From Amoebidium appalachense (taxonomy: Eukaryota > Protista > Ichthyosporea): a DNA stretch of 64,000 nt. The notes beneath the pieces are model-generated. The model was given only the letters and a program-made list of their open reading frames with translations, did not search any database and had not been told where the DNA came from. A program made the translations under genes and the position numbers. Positions 1 to 20,474 of the stretch are shown here, piece by piece. Location: contig CAVNZM010000007.1 of assembly GCA_963693365.1 (NCBI GenBank), forward strand, positions 10,785,962-10,849,961, read 5' to 3'. How positions within the stretch are numbered: position 1 is the first letter of the stretch; each line of letters starts with the position of its first letter.

Positions 1-7105
<7,105 letters not shown>

Positions 7106-7841
7106 CTAGCTATCGAGTGCTTGTATATGCTGCCACAACTATTATATAATTCATTCACTGCGACGTTTAGAAACATGCGGTGTAGTAATTGTCTTGTTCG
7201 TTGCCACCCACCCAAGGCCGATGTTCTGCATTCGTGTGTGCCTTACTAAGTGCAGCCTGCGGCCTGCGCATCCGACATGGCTATGATAAGATTTAGTTTC
7301 ACCCGCCAACAGGGAGCATAAAGGGCTACCCAGCAGCTTAACTACCTAATTAACTACTGGAAGGGCCTACTACTATATAGTAATCAGCTACGGTTTGACT
7401 ATCACCTGAGACTGCGTGTAAGACAGACCTCACAGTTTGTGTGAAGGGCGCCAAGAGGCATGGGCCAATCAGATCGTTGCGTGTGTGCCCAAAAACGGCT
7501 GCGTGTATTCGCGCCATCGCAGACGATCACGGCGATCGGCAAGCGATCCGCGTGTACGGCTCCTAGCCACGGCCATGCTCCTAGCGCTCGCGTGCTGCTG
7601 CCGCGCGCAAGAGCGGCGGACGGGGCCACGGCCAGGCACAAGGCCGGCCCTCATTGCCTCCACGCAGTGCGCCATACCAAACTTTTATTGGCTGTAGGGT
7701 GGTGTTCGGAGTATGAGTGTGGGAGGGGGTGTATGTTGCACAGCATTCACGTGTGTGTGTGGTGTGTATCTTTGTGTGTGCGTGTGCGTGTGCGTGACGT
7801 GTGTCACGTATGACACTGTGTATTATGCGGGATCCGGAGGA

Positions 7842-8020
7842 ATGAATTGCCGGCTCCTCCCTCCCCCCCCCCCCCCCCCCCCCCCCCCTCCCCCCCCCCC
7901 CCCCCCCTCCCCCCCCCCCCCCCCCCCCCCCCTTCCCCCACCTCCCCCCGGGGACGTCCTCCATGAATTGCCGGCTCCTCCCCCTCCCCCCCCCCCCCCC
8001 CCCCCCCGGACGTCCTCCCA
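7842..8020. repeat. Tandem duplication built around a poly-C run
   Basis: atgaattgccggctcctccc-(C)n-ggacgtcctcc occurs twice. Confidence 0.75.
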
Positions 8021-8844
8021 CAGTCCCCCGCCTTAACTATATTAGTTGGGCTTGTGAACCCACAACTGTATGGCCATGGTTGGAGAGTGTGTGCAAGTGG
8101 GTGGCCGGTGTATGTAGTTAAATCGTACAGCAGGGACAGTTTACACTAGCCGAGTGTCCCAGGGGAGCCCGAAAAACAAAACAAAAAAAAAAAAAACGGG
8201 GAACCCAACTAATTGGTTTTCTTAGTCTTTATGGTGCCTCGTAGAGAAAGTAAACCCTGATATATAGTCATCACCCGACATCTATCTGGGATGGTACTTG
8301 ATCATGATATACCGCTGAGGGGATATTCCGAGCAAAACCCCCCCCATACCCAAGACTGGTCTCTCTTTGCCTCGAGTAAACAGCGTAAACCCCTTTACGT
8401 ACTTCCATGGATGATTACAGTATAGATTCGCATGCTCAGTGTTTGGTTGCCTGTTCAGCAATTGCCCCCAGAGGGAGGAGGGAGGGGATGGGGATCTGTG
8501 TTTCTAGCCGTGGCTATAGGAGGAAATCAGTCGCTTCGACAGTGTGACCTGTTGTTTGCAGTCAGCAAACACTTACTTTATAGCGGAGGTACGTAAGCCC
8601 CCACCCACCAGCCCAGCTGGTGTGTTGTTGGTCCTCATATGTGACCGTATGTACATGCATATACTGTGGCTCGCGCGGCTGGCGGCTCCGTGGTCCGGCC
8701 CGCTCAGCCCAGGCCCGCCCCTGCCATAGTGGAGGAGTGGCCGCTCCTTCAGGAAGAAAACTAAAATCAAAAAGACCGAAATTCTTGCAATGACTTAGTT
8801 GCTGTTGTACTGGTAGTCTCATGAACACTGCTACGGAAAGGCGT

Positions 8845-10734
8845 CTAGAGTTTCATGCGGGACTTGAGGTGGCTCTTGTAGCCCTTGATGCCGCCCTGCC
8901 ACTTTGTCACCTTCTTGTTGTCGCACACCTGCATCGCAAGATAAGTGGTCGGCATCAGCACGGCTAACAAAAGAACACAAACCCAACCCTGTCTATGTAC
9001 ACACCCATCTGTGCCCCTGTTTGTGATAACTCTCCTGTTTGTGATAACTCTCGATAACAGTCTACGAAACCATGTCCAGCTCACACAGCCCGTGCCATTA
9101 ACAGAACCCCCTTCCCTCCTTTCCACCTCTTGACCTTGCACATTCCGCGCAACCATGCCCTTATTATACAGCCCATACCATTGGACCCCCCCTCCTCCCC
9201 ATCTGTCTCTCTCTCTCCCCACCATTCCCCCCTTGGCCACTCTCCATGCACACAGTGAGCACGTACCCAGATCTCCTTAGCGACCTGCTCGACCAGGCGG
9301 AAGTCGTGGCTGACCAGCACCATGCCGCCCTCAAACTCGTTGATGGCCTTGGCCAGACCGTCAATGCCCTCCATGTCCAAGTGGTTGGTCGGCTCGTCAA
9401 ACAGCAGCTGTGAGACAGCAAGTCAGAACACTACTCACGTGCCCACACATCTACCTTTCTTCTCCTACCACTCAACTGTCCACACAGATAACCCCGACGA
9501 CCTCAAACCAGTGAACACCGTCTGCCTACATCTACAACAAACAATTCAGGCCAGGGCACACACCAGATGGGGAGTCTTCTGTGCCAGCCAGCAGAAAATG
9601 ATTCTCGTCTTCTCGCCGTCTGACAGCATGCCGATCTTAGTGGTCTGAATCTTGCCCGTGATGCCAAACCGGCCCAGCTGCTGGCGCCACTCCGTCAGCT
9701 CGCGGTTCATCTCCTGGAACTCTGACTGCATGAACTCCAGGGGGGTCAAGTTCTCGTCCATGATCTCGGCGCTGTGCTGGTGGTAGCGCGCAATGCGCAG
9801 GTGGTTGTGCCGCTGCACCATGCCGTCTGTCGGCCGCAGCTCCCCGACCATCAGCTTGAGCAGTGTGCTCTTGCCGGCACCGTTGGGGCCCACCAGGGCA
9901 ATGCGCGAGTCGAGGTCGATGCTGGGGGGGGGTTTTGAATGCGTCAAAAAGTACGAAGTACACAAGAACAAACGGATAACACGATGCAGAATGCAAGCCA
10001 TACATAAAGAGTATGCATAATAAGCAGAGCCCATCCTCAGGGGGGGCCCACGTCATCCACAGTACCCGAGTTTCGACCTATTCCCCTCGTTAACGAAACC
10101 CAACTCAGATACTGTTTCACTTGAACATGAGTAGGTCACCCGTCTTGATCAGAGACGAGCAGGGTTGCTTATGCAGGCAAGGGCAGTGGGAAAGGCCGGG
10201 GGTTAAAGTTGCAGCAGTAAGCAGAAGCAAGAAAAATATAGATAGGAACTCAGGAGACGGGGCTTCTAGGAAGCTCCCCCGTCGATACCTAAGTCGATAC
10301 TTCCCTGGCTAACATACTACACCAGCTGAAAAGAATTAAGTCCCGAAGGCCACAGAATTCGTAATCAGAGGGGAAAATATGAGATTTGACCCACGCCGCA
10401 GGGTAGTAACACGCTTACTAGGGCGGAACTTTATCGTCTTCGAACGGAAAGCTATGCCCCCGGATGTCAGCCGGAAATATGGTATCACCCATTGCTTTGG
10501 GCTTGAAAAAAGCCAAACCGATAGTCCGAGTTATGTTACGCCGGCGGGTAACATGCCGCATGGGTTCCAAGGGAGCTGTCGCCAACAGAGCGGTGTGTGC
10601 ATGCGTGCGCGTAACGCAATGTGTGAAGTGTGTCTATAGCTATGAAAGGGGGTATGCAGAAGTGGACAGATGAAGTGTGTGGAGAGAAAAACAGTAAGAA
10701 GAAAAGTAGACACCGGTATGTGCAACCCCGCACA

Positions 10735-10779
<45 letters not shown>

Positions 10780-10876
10780 AATAAGCGAAGATTACAGGTA
10801 ATCAACCAGAACAACAAATGACAAGCAAAACAACAGGCGCCAAAAAAAAAAAAAAAAAAAAAAAAAAAAGGAGGAA

Positions 10877-10943
<67 letters not shown>

Positions 10944-11558
10944 GAGAGAGAGAGAGGAGGTGGGGGGGGGGGGGGAGGGGAGGGGGAGGGGGAGGGGGGT
11001 CTTAGGGATGGGGGGGGGGGGGGGGGGGGGGAGGCTCATGATATATGGAAAGGAGGGAACCCCGCGCAGACACATCAAGCCGATATAGGGGGGGAGATAA
11101 GGTTAACCCCCAAAAATGACAAACATGTAAAGCGGTTGTGGGGGAGGGGGGTGGATGGCTACATACCCGAACTCAAGGTTCTTGTAGAGGGCATCGGCCA
11201 TGTTGCCGTTGTAGGCAAAGGCCACCTGGGTGAAGGCCATCACGGGGGGGCGCCAGCTTGCCGCAGCTGGGGAATGCAAGGTTGACACTCTGCTCACGCT
11301 CAACGGGCTGCAGGGGACACCACGTTAGCAACACACACAGCAGGAGATCGTGTAGGAGGAGGGGGGAAGGAGGGAGAGGGGGTATGGGGGAGGGGGAGGG
11401 GGAGGGGGGGGGGGGCTCAGGGGATGGTGGAAAATTCACAGGGTCACCAACATCTATACTCTTGCTACTTTGTGATTCGTACGTGTGTTGGTGATACATT
11501 GTGATTCGTACGTGTGTGTTGGCGGGGGCGCAGGTGGTAGTGGTGGTGTGATCTGTAC

Positions 11559-11613
<55 letters not shown>

Positions 11614-14609
11614 CAACCTCAATGAGGCCGTCGGCAATCATCTTGTCGAGAATCTTTTGGCGGGACTTAGCCTGGCGCACCAGGTTGGCATATGTACCAC
11701 ACGAGGCAATGAAGTCCTTGATGTGCTTGATCTCCTCCTGCTGCTTGGCATACTGCTTCATCTGGTTGACCTCGTTCTCACTGCGCGTCTTCACGTACGT
11801 GTCGTAGTTACCACCGTAGTACTGGATCTGCCGCTTGTGGTTAAGGTACATCGTGTGCGTTGTCACACCGTTGAGGAAATCCTGCGAGTGCGACACCATG
11901 ACGAGAATGCGGGTGTATGTCTTAAGGTACTCCTCAAGCCACACACAGGCCTCGAGATCTGCACGAGATTCACGTCAGTTTTGAATCATTGAGGAAAAAG
12001 ATGTAGGGGCCGAGTGTATGTGTTGAATGATCAAGGGGAAGTCAACAGAAAAGGTGTAGGGGCAGTGTGTATGCATGTGTGTGAGCTTTTATTTTATTTT
12101 TTATTTTTTATTTTATTTTTTGGGGGGGGGGGGGGGGGCACTGTCATTCGTTCCACATGGCGCAGGCACAAATGCTTGTGGGTACAAGTCGGTGTGTGTG
12201 CTAATATGTTGAGTGTGCACATGCACAGCTGTGTGCGCATGTGCATTTCTCCGTGTCTCTGGCAGCAGGTGTGCACAAGCATGTGTGTGCATATGAAGCG
12301 GTGCTCACATGTGTGGATATCCAACAACAGCACACCTATACAATTGCAATGATATGTGTGGGCGTGTCAAGGGTACAATACGAAGTGTGCTTGTAATGTA
12401 GTGTGCACGTCTTGGGGGTGCAGTACGGAGCATGCTTGTGGTGTGCAGTGTTGGAGGTGGTGCAGTACGGAGCATGCTTGTGGTGTGCAGTGTTGGAGGT
12501 GCAGTACTTGCAGCGTGTAAACGCAGCGCGCACACGTGCACAACTGTGTGCACGTGGTGTGAGGTGCAGTGCAGTGCAGTGCACGTGATGTGAGATGCCA
12601 TGCAGTGCACGTGTCACTGTGCGTACGTGTTGAGAGTGCAGCACGATGAACGCGTGTTTGTGTGTGCATGCATGTTGGGGGTGCAGTGTGATGCACGTCT
12701 GTTTGTGCATGCACGTGCTCTTGTGCACACGGGCACTGACCGAGGTGATTTGTGGGCTCGTCGAGCAGCAGCAGGGTAGGGCGGATGAACAGAGCAGTGG
12801 CCAGGGCCACGCGCATACGCCAACCACCGGACATGTCCTTTGTCTTCTTGTGCTGAGACTTGGAATCAAACCCAAGACTGTGGGTGCATGGGTTAGTCAC
12901 CTATTTCGTTGGCAGGGCTCCAAAAGTGCCGGACACGGGGCGGACACATATATGGACCATTCAGCAGGTGCAAAAAAAAAAAAAAAAAAAAAAAAAATAG
13001 CTCGGTAATGCTGTCGGAGCCTCAAACCCATGTGCATGTGCAGGCGCTAAAAAAACCCGTAGCTCAGTAATGCCGTCAGAGCCTTAAACCCATGTGCATG
13101 TGTGTGGTGTGCAACACTCACAAGGGGAACCACACTGCCCATTTGCTGCTCAACGTACAGAAGAACAATAACCTGCACACCTCTTACCCGTTCCCAGCAC
13201 TCCCCCACCCCATTCTCCTCGACCTCCTTCGCCAATCCTTAACCGCCTCTCCCAAGCCCCACTACCAACCCCCCACTCCCCCCTCTCAACAAGCACGTTC
13301 CGATTGAGCGTCTGGTGTGTTCACATACCCAGATAGCAGCTCACCAGCACGCTTCTCGAAGGTGGCGGGGTCCAGAGCGTCCAGACGGTCGTACACTGCC
13401 ATCCAATGTCAGCAAACTCCCAGTTTTCTTTGGACTAGAGAAGGTGGGGTGAATCCGTCCAGCCCCACCTTCTCTAATCCATAGGACGCTTTTAAAGAAG
13501 TGTTAAACCAGCTGGTAGAAGGCACAAGGAAGATGGAACACCCGAAAATGGTGGTGGTGGTGTGTTGTATGTGTGTGTGTGGTGGTGGTAAGAGGGGGGG
13601 GGGGGGGGGGGGGGGCAGTGATATGTCCAGAGCCTGTTTCAAAACTTCACCTGCCCACATCTACGCAATTCATTTAACAGCACCCTCAAGCACACACAAC
13701 ACAACCCACTGCACTGTCCTCACACACAGGGAAACAAACACGGAGCCACGTGGGAAACAAACACGGAGCCACGTACAATCCATGACCAGAGGGTGGTCGG
13801 GGCCAACAGTGGTGATCAGCTCTTCCTCCTTCTCCTCCAGACGCTTGTGCTCCTTCTTGGCATGGTCGATGACGGCCTCGAGAGCAGTCAGCTCAGTAGG
13901 CTGTGTGGGAAACATGTGAGACGAGGCTTACAGCTTATGGGGGGTGAAGGAAGTCATACAGCAGGCACGTAACCACTAAGTTGAAAACATGCACAATTGT
14001 AGGTATGGGCATGTCGGTGTGTGTTTGTGGTTGTGGGAGAGCAAGTGTTAAGAAAGAATGCAGGAGCGTGTGTGCGTAACTGGGGGGCGGGGTAGAGGGG
14101 TACACACTTCGCACTCGTTCTCCAGCAGGTAGACGTCCATGTGGTCGGGAATAGGCACTTCCTTAGCAGCAAGTGACTTCAGGAAGGTCGACTTGCCCGA
14201 ACCGTTGCGGCCAATAAGGCCATAGCGGTTGCCGAAGTTCAATTCGATCTGCGAGACAAGGGGGAGTGGTAAGCAGCCACTCAAACTATCTGGTTTCAGA
14301 CAAACATGGCAGAGCACAAGATCTCGAGGAAGGCAACAAAAATCCTTTTTTGCAAAAAGGGTGCCACATAGCTGCGCTATAAACACGTACCACTGAGTCC
14401 TGTATCAGGACTGTGCCTCGAGCAGTCAGCGTGAAGCCCTCGATTTTAATATCGCGCGAGCCCGAGGGGAGGGTGTAAACACCCGTACAGGTTCTGTCCG
14501 AGATAACAACAGGGGCGGCATCTTCGGCAGCAGCAGCGGGGGCATCAGCACCCTTTGCGGCAGCCTTGCCCTTCGCTCGCCTCTGCTGCTTGGTAGGCTT
14601 AGGAGGCAT
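8845..14609 (-). CDS. ABCF2: ABC-F family ATPase (ABCF2/Arb1-like), 10 exons
   Basis: Exons 14609-14391, 14248-14108, 13900-13777, 13395-13329, 12877-12741, 11958-11618, 11307-11167, 9921-9564, 9407-9267, 8928-8845. Two NBDs ([27 protein letters not shown]; [24 protein letters not shown]), the [25 protein letters not shown] linker, and no TM segments. Confidence 0.95.
9933..11010 (-). mobile_element. Second long subfamily A copy, filling most of ABCF2 intron 9922-11166
   Basis: Near-identical to 825-1970. Its C9 tail runs directly into the AG acceptor (9923-9922). Confidence 0.9.
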
Positions 14610-15730
14610 AGTGTCGTTTATGGGGAAAAACCACTAACAAGAAAACTACACCAGCAAACACAACCCTAGACCTCTGTCCTTTGAAAATGGGTGTGTGAAC
14701 AAGACAGAGGCGAAACAACACGTGAGTGTGCCTGCCTAGCTTTATATACCTGGCGTACCTTGGCGCATTCCACAGCAAGCGCGGTGGCATCTAAATCACC
14801 GTGCTTGCCAATAATTGGACTCTGAAGTATAACAGTCTTTTATGAATGGTTTTTGCGATGTTTAGCTCGTATAGAGTTTGTGTGATTAGTTATATATCAT
14901 GCAGGTGCTTTAGAAAACTCCCATTCGTTGTACATCGCCCAATCTGGCAGGAGGATTATGGTAGCTTAAAACACCTGATATAAAACCAATCATTTATGGC
15001 CAGGAACGTGAAAGCCTAACATAAAGACAAAGTGTAAGCCCCAAAAGAATAGGAAGATAGAACAATCAAACGACATGCTTACAAGGGTTTATAATAGTTT
15101 AATACGTCCTTTACTAGTATAAATATAGGAACAAAAACTACACACGTGCTGTGTTATCTACTATAAGGCACCCCATGTGGATTCCAATTATTCTAACGGG
15201 CAACCAATCAGCATGCGCCATAACTGTTGACAAATCGTCAGAACGGCAACACGTGTATTGCCATCCAATAAAACGGGAATTTGATATTGAAGGGAAATTT
15301 GTACACAGAATGCTTCCAGGTATTAAGCTGCTTTGCAATACAAATTGTAAGAAAACTAATAAATAAAAGTTCTGTTGCTCTGCTCTAACTTTTCGTGCAG
15401 CCACAATCCAGTGTGATATCTGCTGAGGCACCTTAGAGGAGGGTAAACCCTTGACTTGCTTCTTGCGCGGGAGCGCGCGAACTTCAACGGTCGTTGCCGG
15501 TGACAAGGATGCGCATGTGCACGTGTACAGAACATAGGTGCAAACGAAACTAATGTTACAAACTGCATAGAGTTTTAGAACTATCTGCTACGCGCCACAC
15601 CCATACATTCATTCTCTCTGTAATCTGTGTCCTTGTGTTTTGCTTTTATGCTCGAAAGTAGTGACATAGCACCGGCGAAGGGCACACAGCGGCGCCATCG
15701 GGCCTCTGGTATTGTTTTTTACTGTGTAAC

Positions 15731-16067
15731 ATGGCAAGCAAAAAGCTGACGCTGGCCAAAGTGAGCGAGCTCACGGGCAAAGACATACGCGAGGCACCCA
15801 GGCTGGACGCAGCAAACAAGGGATGGGATGACTTTGACGACCTGAGGTTCGTGACTGCTTGTGGCCGGGTAGCGTGGGACATTTTGTAGAGTAGGCCCAG
15901 ATTCACATGGAGGTGGAAGTAGTACTTGGGGGTTTACGCTGTTTACTCGAGGCAAAGACGTAAACCCTCAAGTACTACTTCCACCCCATGTGAATACTTC
16001 TAAGGTGACATACGAGCTATGAATTTGGAGCTTTCAACCTACAAACCCCCCCCCCCCCCCCCTTGTC

Positions 16068-16128
<61 letters not shown>

Positions 16129-16497
16129 CGAACACCTCGCACTCCTGTGGTGGCTTGTAGCTGTCTGCACAAACCACGTCTGCCTGCACGTTGGACTGCA
16201 TGTTGTTGCCCTGCCTACACCTCTCCGCTTACTGTCATGGGGGGTGTAGCCAGTATACGTGTTTTCTGCCCTCACGCATAACTATTACACTGCACTATAC
16301 TCGCCTTTCCATGGGTTCTCGGTCTCTCCCCTTCCCCCTTCCCCGCTCTATCGCCCACCCCCACACACACACATCCACCCACCCAGCCAAGGGCCGTAGG
16401 GTTGATTTCTGCCCTGGTCGTTTTTTTAACTGGGCTTTTGTTTATGTCGTATTACCGTAATGTCTCGTGCATCCCCCCCCCCCCCCCCCCCCCCCCC

Positions 16498-16594
<97 letters not shown>

Positions 16595-17097
16595 ATCACG
16601 AGGCACCCCTGCCTGCATGAACTATTGTCTAATGCACGTGGGACATAGTATCCCCCGTCCCCTCCCCCCCTTCCTCCGTGTCTCTTCCCCCTGCCAGGCA
16701 GTGGGGTATAGCCAGTATACATTTGCTCTGCAGCAGCCCTCCCTCCGCCCCGCCCCACCCTCTCTCTCCTGTTGCACTCACTCCTTCTCCCTTTGATGAC
16801 AGCCGTTACCTCTTTGGCCCCGAGGCAATGCCCTCCCCCCCCCCCCACCCCCCCCCCCCCCCTCCACCCTTGAGAAAACCTTATCTCGGTTTATAACTTC
16901 AGGAACGTAGCCACTCCCCCCCCCCCCCCCCCCCCTCTTCCCCCTCCCCCCCTTCCCCCTCTTTTTTACTGGTGTGCACTCCATCTGGGCTGTTTCCCTG
17001 CCACTCCGTGTCTTAGGGAACAGTGTTGGATGGAGATCCCTTTCCCCACCCCTTAGCACGGGCCCTCTTCACCCCTCTGACCTCACCCGAATTCCTG

Positions 17098-17134
<37 letters not shown>

Positions 17135-17309
17135 CCCGTGTGTCGAACTTAAGCGCGTCGACCTGAGCAAGAACAACCTGAGCAGCCTTGAGGGGCTGCA
17201 GTACAACAAGGGCCTGACGTTTGTCAATATGGCCCACAATGCCCTCACCTCTCTGTGGCCATGCAGGCGCCTCAACAAGCTCAAAGGTATTCCAGCAACA
17301 AAAATATAT

Positions 17310-17341
<32 letters not shown>

Positions 17342-17626
17342 TCCTCCCCCCCTCCTCCTTCCCTGAGGATGGGATCTGCTTATTATGCATGCCCTTTATG
17401 TGTGGTTTGCACTCTGCTTTGTGTTGGGTGTCATGATGTGCACTTTGTTCTTTTAACGCATTCTACCCCCCCTCCCCCTCCTGCCCTTCAGGGGCCTCCA
17501 TTTACTGCTGTGACCTTTATTCCCGGCATTGATCACTGAATATTTTTGGTGCCTGTCACGCTGTTCTGGTTGCCTCTGGGTGACCAACCTACCTGTTGAT
17601 ATGTGAGTTGGGCTCAAGCACGGGCT

Positions 17627-17692
<66 letters not shown>

Positions 17693-18565
17693 GCTCAATG
17701 CCAGCCACAACTCTTTGGTGTCTGCCGATGGGCTCAAACAACTCAGCCAATTGAATGCGCTGATAGTCAACAACAACCAGCTGAAGACACTGCCCCCACT
17801 CTATGCACACCCAGAGCTGAACACACTGGGTATACCCCCCCCCCCCCCCCCCCCTTCCCCCCTGGCGCAAATGTTGTGGCTGGCTGGGCATTCCCACGGC
17901 AGAGATTTATACCAGAAGCTCGTTGTGCAACCATTACCCCATACATTGTTATCAGCAGACCTACCCGATCAGTTTCTATCCCCCCCACTGGCACCGGACC
18001 AACCTTTGTGATGTTGCTCTCCCTCCATCGGGCAACGACACACACACAGGTGGTCTGCTCGACCATCGTGGGCGTCTTCAATAGTCCCCCCTCCCCCCCC
18101 CGGCCAGTGTTCCCACAACCACCCACACACCCATCCACACACTACCACATCATGCTTCCAACATATACGCAAACATGTGCACTCCCTCGCTGCTACACAA
18201 TGCTTACCACTTACACACTGTCTTATTGGTGTATGCACGCACGCACTCGTGGTCTTTTCCTTGTACACACACACAGACACACACACAATTGTCCACGCGC
18301 GCACACACAAACACAATTGTGTATGCACCATTCACGCTTCCAGCTTTCTCTCTTACTTGCACACACTCACGCACACACGCCTCTCACTCTCGCTCGCGCT
18401 CGCGCTCTTGCACTTACACACACGCTCTCTCTCTCTTTCCTCTCTCCCTTTCTCTTTACGTATACATATTCTCAGTTTACATGGCATACCCGAAATTTCT
18501 GACAAACGTTCTCTCTCATTCATTGCTTATATCTCCTTAAAATGACACACTTCTTCACAGGCTGG

Positions 18566-18600
<35 letters not shown>

Positions 18601-18923
18601 TCACACACACATTCACATTCACTCGCTCACACACCCTCACTGGCCTACACATTTTCCCTCGTTCTTACATACCTACTTACACAAACAGCTATCAAAGCAT
18701 ATGCACATCCTTCTTGCTCGGACATAAACGTTTTCATCTAATGGTTGACACACACTCGCTTACTCCTCCCTTCCCCTCCCCCCCTCCCCCTTCCACCCCT
18801 CAACCCCCCAGCCCCCATACTCTTTTATGTAGGGTGTGCACTCTGCATTATGTTGTCCGTTGTTTATGTGTACTTCGTACTTTATGCCACATTCTACACC
18901 CCCTCACCCTCCCCTCATCACCC

Positions 18924-18966
<43 letters not shown>

Positions 18967-19941
18967 TTCGCATCGTGTATGTGTACATCGTACTCTGTAA
19001 AACACTCTAACCCTTGTCCCCCATGCAGTTGTGTCACACAACCAGCTTGAGACCCTTGATGGTGTAGGGCGGCTGACCGGGCTCAAGAAACTGAGTGCAT
19101 CGCACAACCAACTGCGCACAGTGTGTGACCTGACGGCCTGCCACTACCTGCAGGAGCTAAGACTTAGTGACAATCTCATAGTGTCTCTGCCTGCTACTCT
19201 CGAGGCTAACATCCAGTGAGTGGGGGGAAGGGGTGAGAGGGGGGGGGGGGGGGGGGGGTGTGTGTGTGTGTGTGTTTTGTTTTTCTTTTTTTTTTTTTTT
19301 TTTTGGGGGGGGGGGGGGGTGGAGATGGGTGGCTGTATGTGGTTGCTTTCGCTTGTGGCCTAGGTGGGTTTTTTTTCTTTCTGGGGGGGGGGGGGGGGGG
19401 CAAAGTGCTGACCTATGCCTGGGATGCAGCCTGAAGATTCTTGAGATCGGCAACAACCGCATCCACGACATCAGGTGTGTGTTTGGTGTGCTGTGTGTGC
19501 ATGCTGCAACAAACACATCCCCATTCCCCTGCCTCCTCTTCCCCCCGGCTCTTCGGGAGACTATTATGCCTACAGTTTTATGGGTGCTTTGCACTCAGCA
19601 TTGTGTATTCTTTGCAATATGCATTGTGTTGCCTGTGGTGAATGCGTTCTTCGTAATCTATAACACACCCCCCCCTCCCATCCCGGGCCTCCACAACAGT
19701 TTGCTTCATGAAAGTGAACCCAAATCTTCCAGTCGCTTCATATGGGCATGCCGAAGGCCAAACTAGCATAGCAGTGTGTGTGGCACGTCATTGCACCACT
19801 GCAAATTTTACTTCATGTACACACGTGTGAGCGGTGCTAAAGATTAGTTATGGGAGTATATTCAAGCCTTCCTTACTCTTTGTGGGGAAGGGGGTTACCC
19901 GTTTACTGGAGATCTAACTTGACACATCCACACATTCACAC

Positions 19942-19979
<38 letters not shown>

Positions 19980-20443
19980 CGCCCCACAACACAACCACCA
20001 CCACACACACACACACACGCACACAGCGACATTGAGGTGCTGTCACGTTTGCCTGGGCTCAAGCAGCTGAGTCTGCGGGGCAACAAAATTTGCGAACTGC
20101 CCGACTACCACGACAAGGTGAATAGCGCAACCCTACCCCCCTACCCCCCTACCCCCCCCCCCCCCCCTTCCCTCCCGCAGAGCGTGCCAACTGCACTGTT
20201 GACTCTTGCCCTTTGCTTGCTTGATCAACAACGCTGGCCTCTAGAATGAACCGAAGGGTTGTCGCATGAAAATGAGTCTATCATAGAACTTTGTGAGTGG
20301 TTTTTGCGCATGTCTCTCCTGAGCATGGGATGACTCCGTCTTACACTTTTGCCTTCACCTAGGTATTCTGTGCACAGCACTGTGTTCTTTGGTTTTGTGT
20401 GTTGTATGTCGGATTTTATATGCATCTCTAACTGTTCCTCCCT

Positions 20444-20474
<31 letters not shown>

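Noticed and set aside
8041-8214. 10-bp inverted repeat ATTAGTTGGG/CCCAACTAAT as a MITE
   Set aside because: Too short, with no convincing TSD and no second copy.
9922-11166. Element as an introner that created the ABCF2 intron
   Set aside because: The donor and ~150 bp of the intron lie outside the element, and other copies sit mid-intron, so it inserted into an existing intron.
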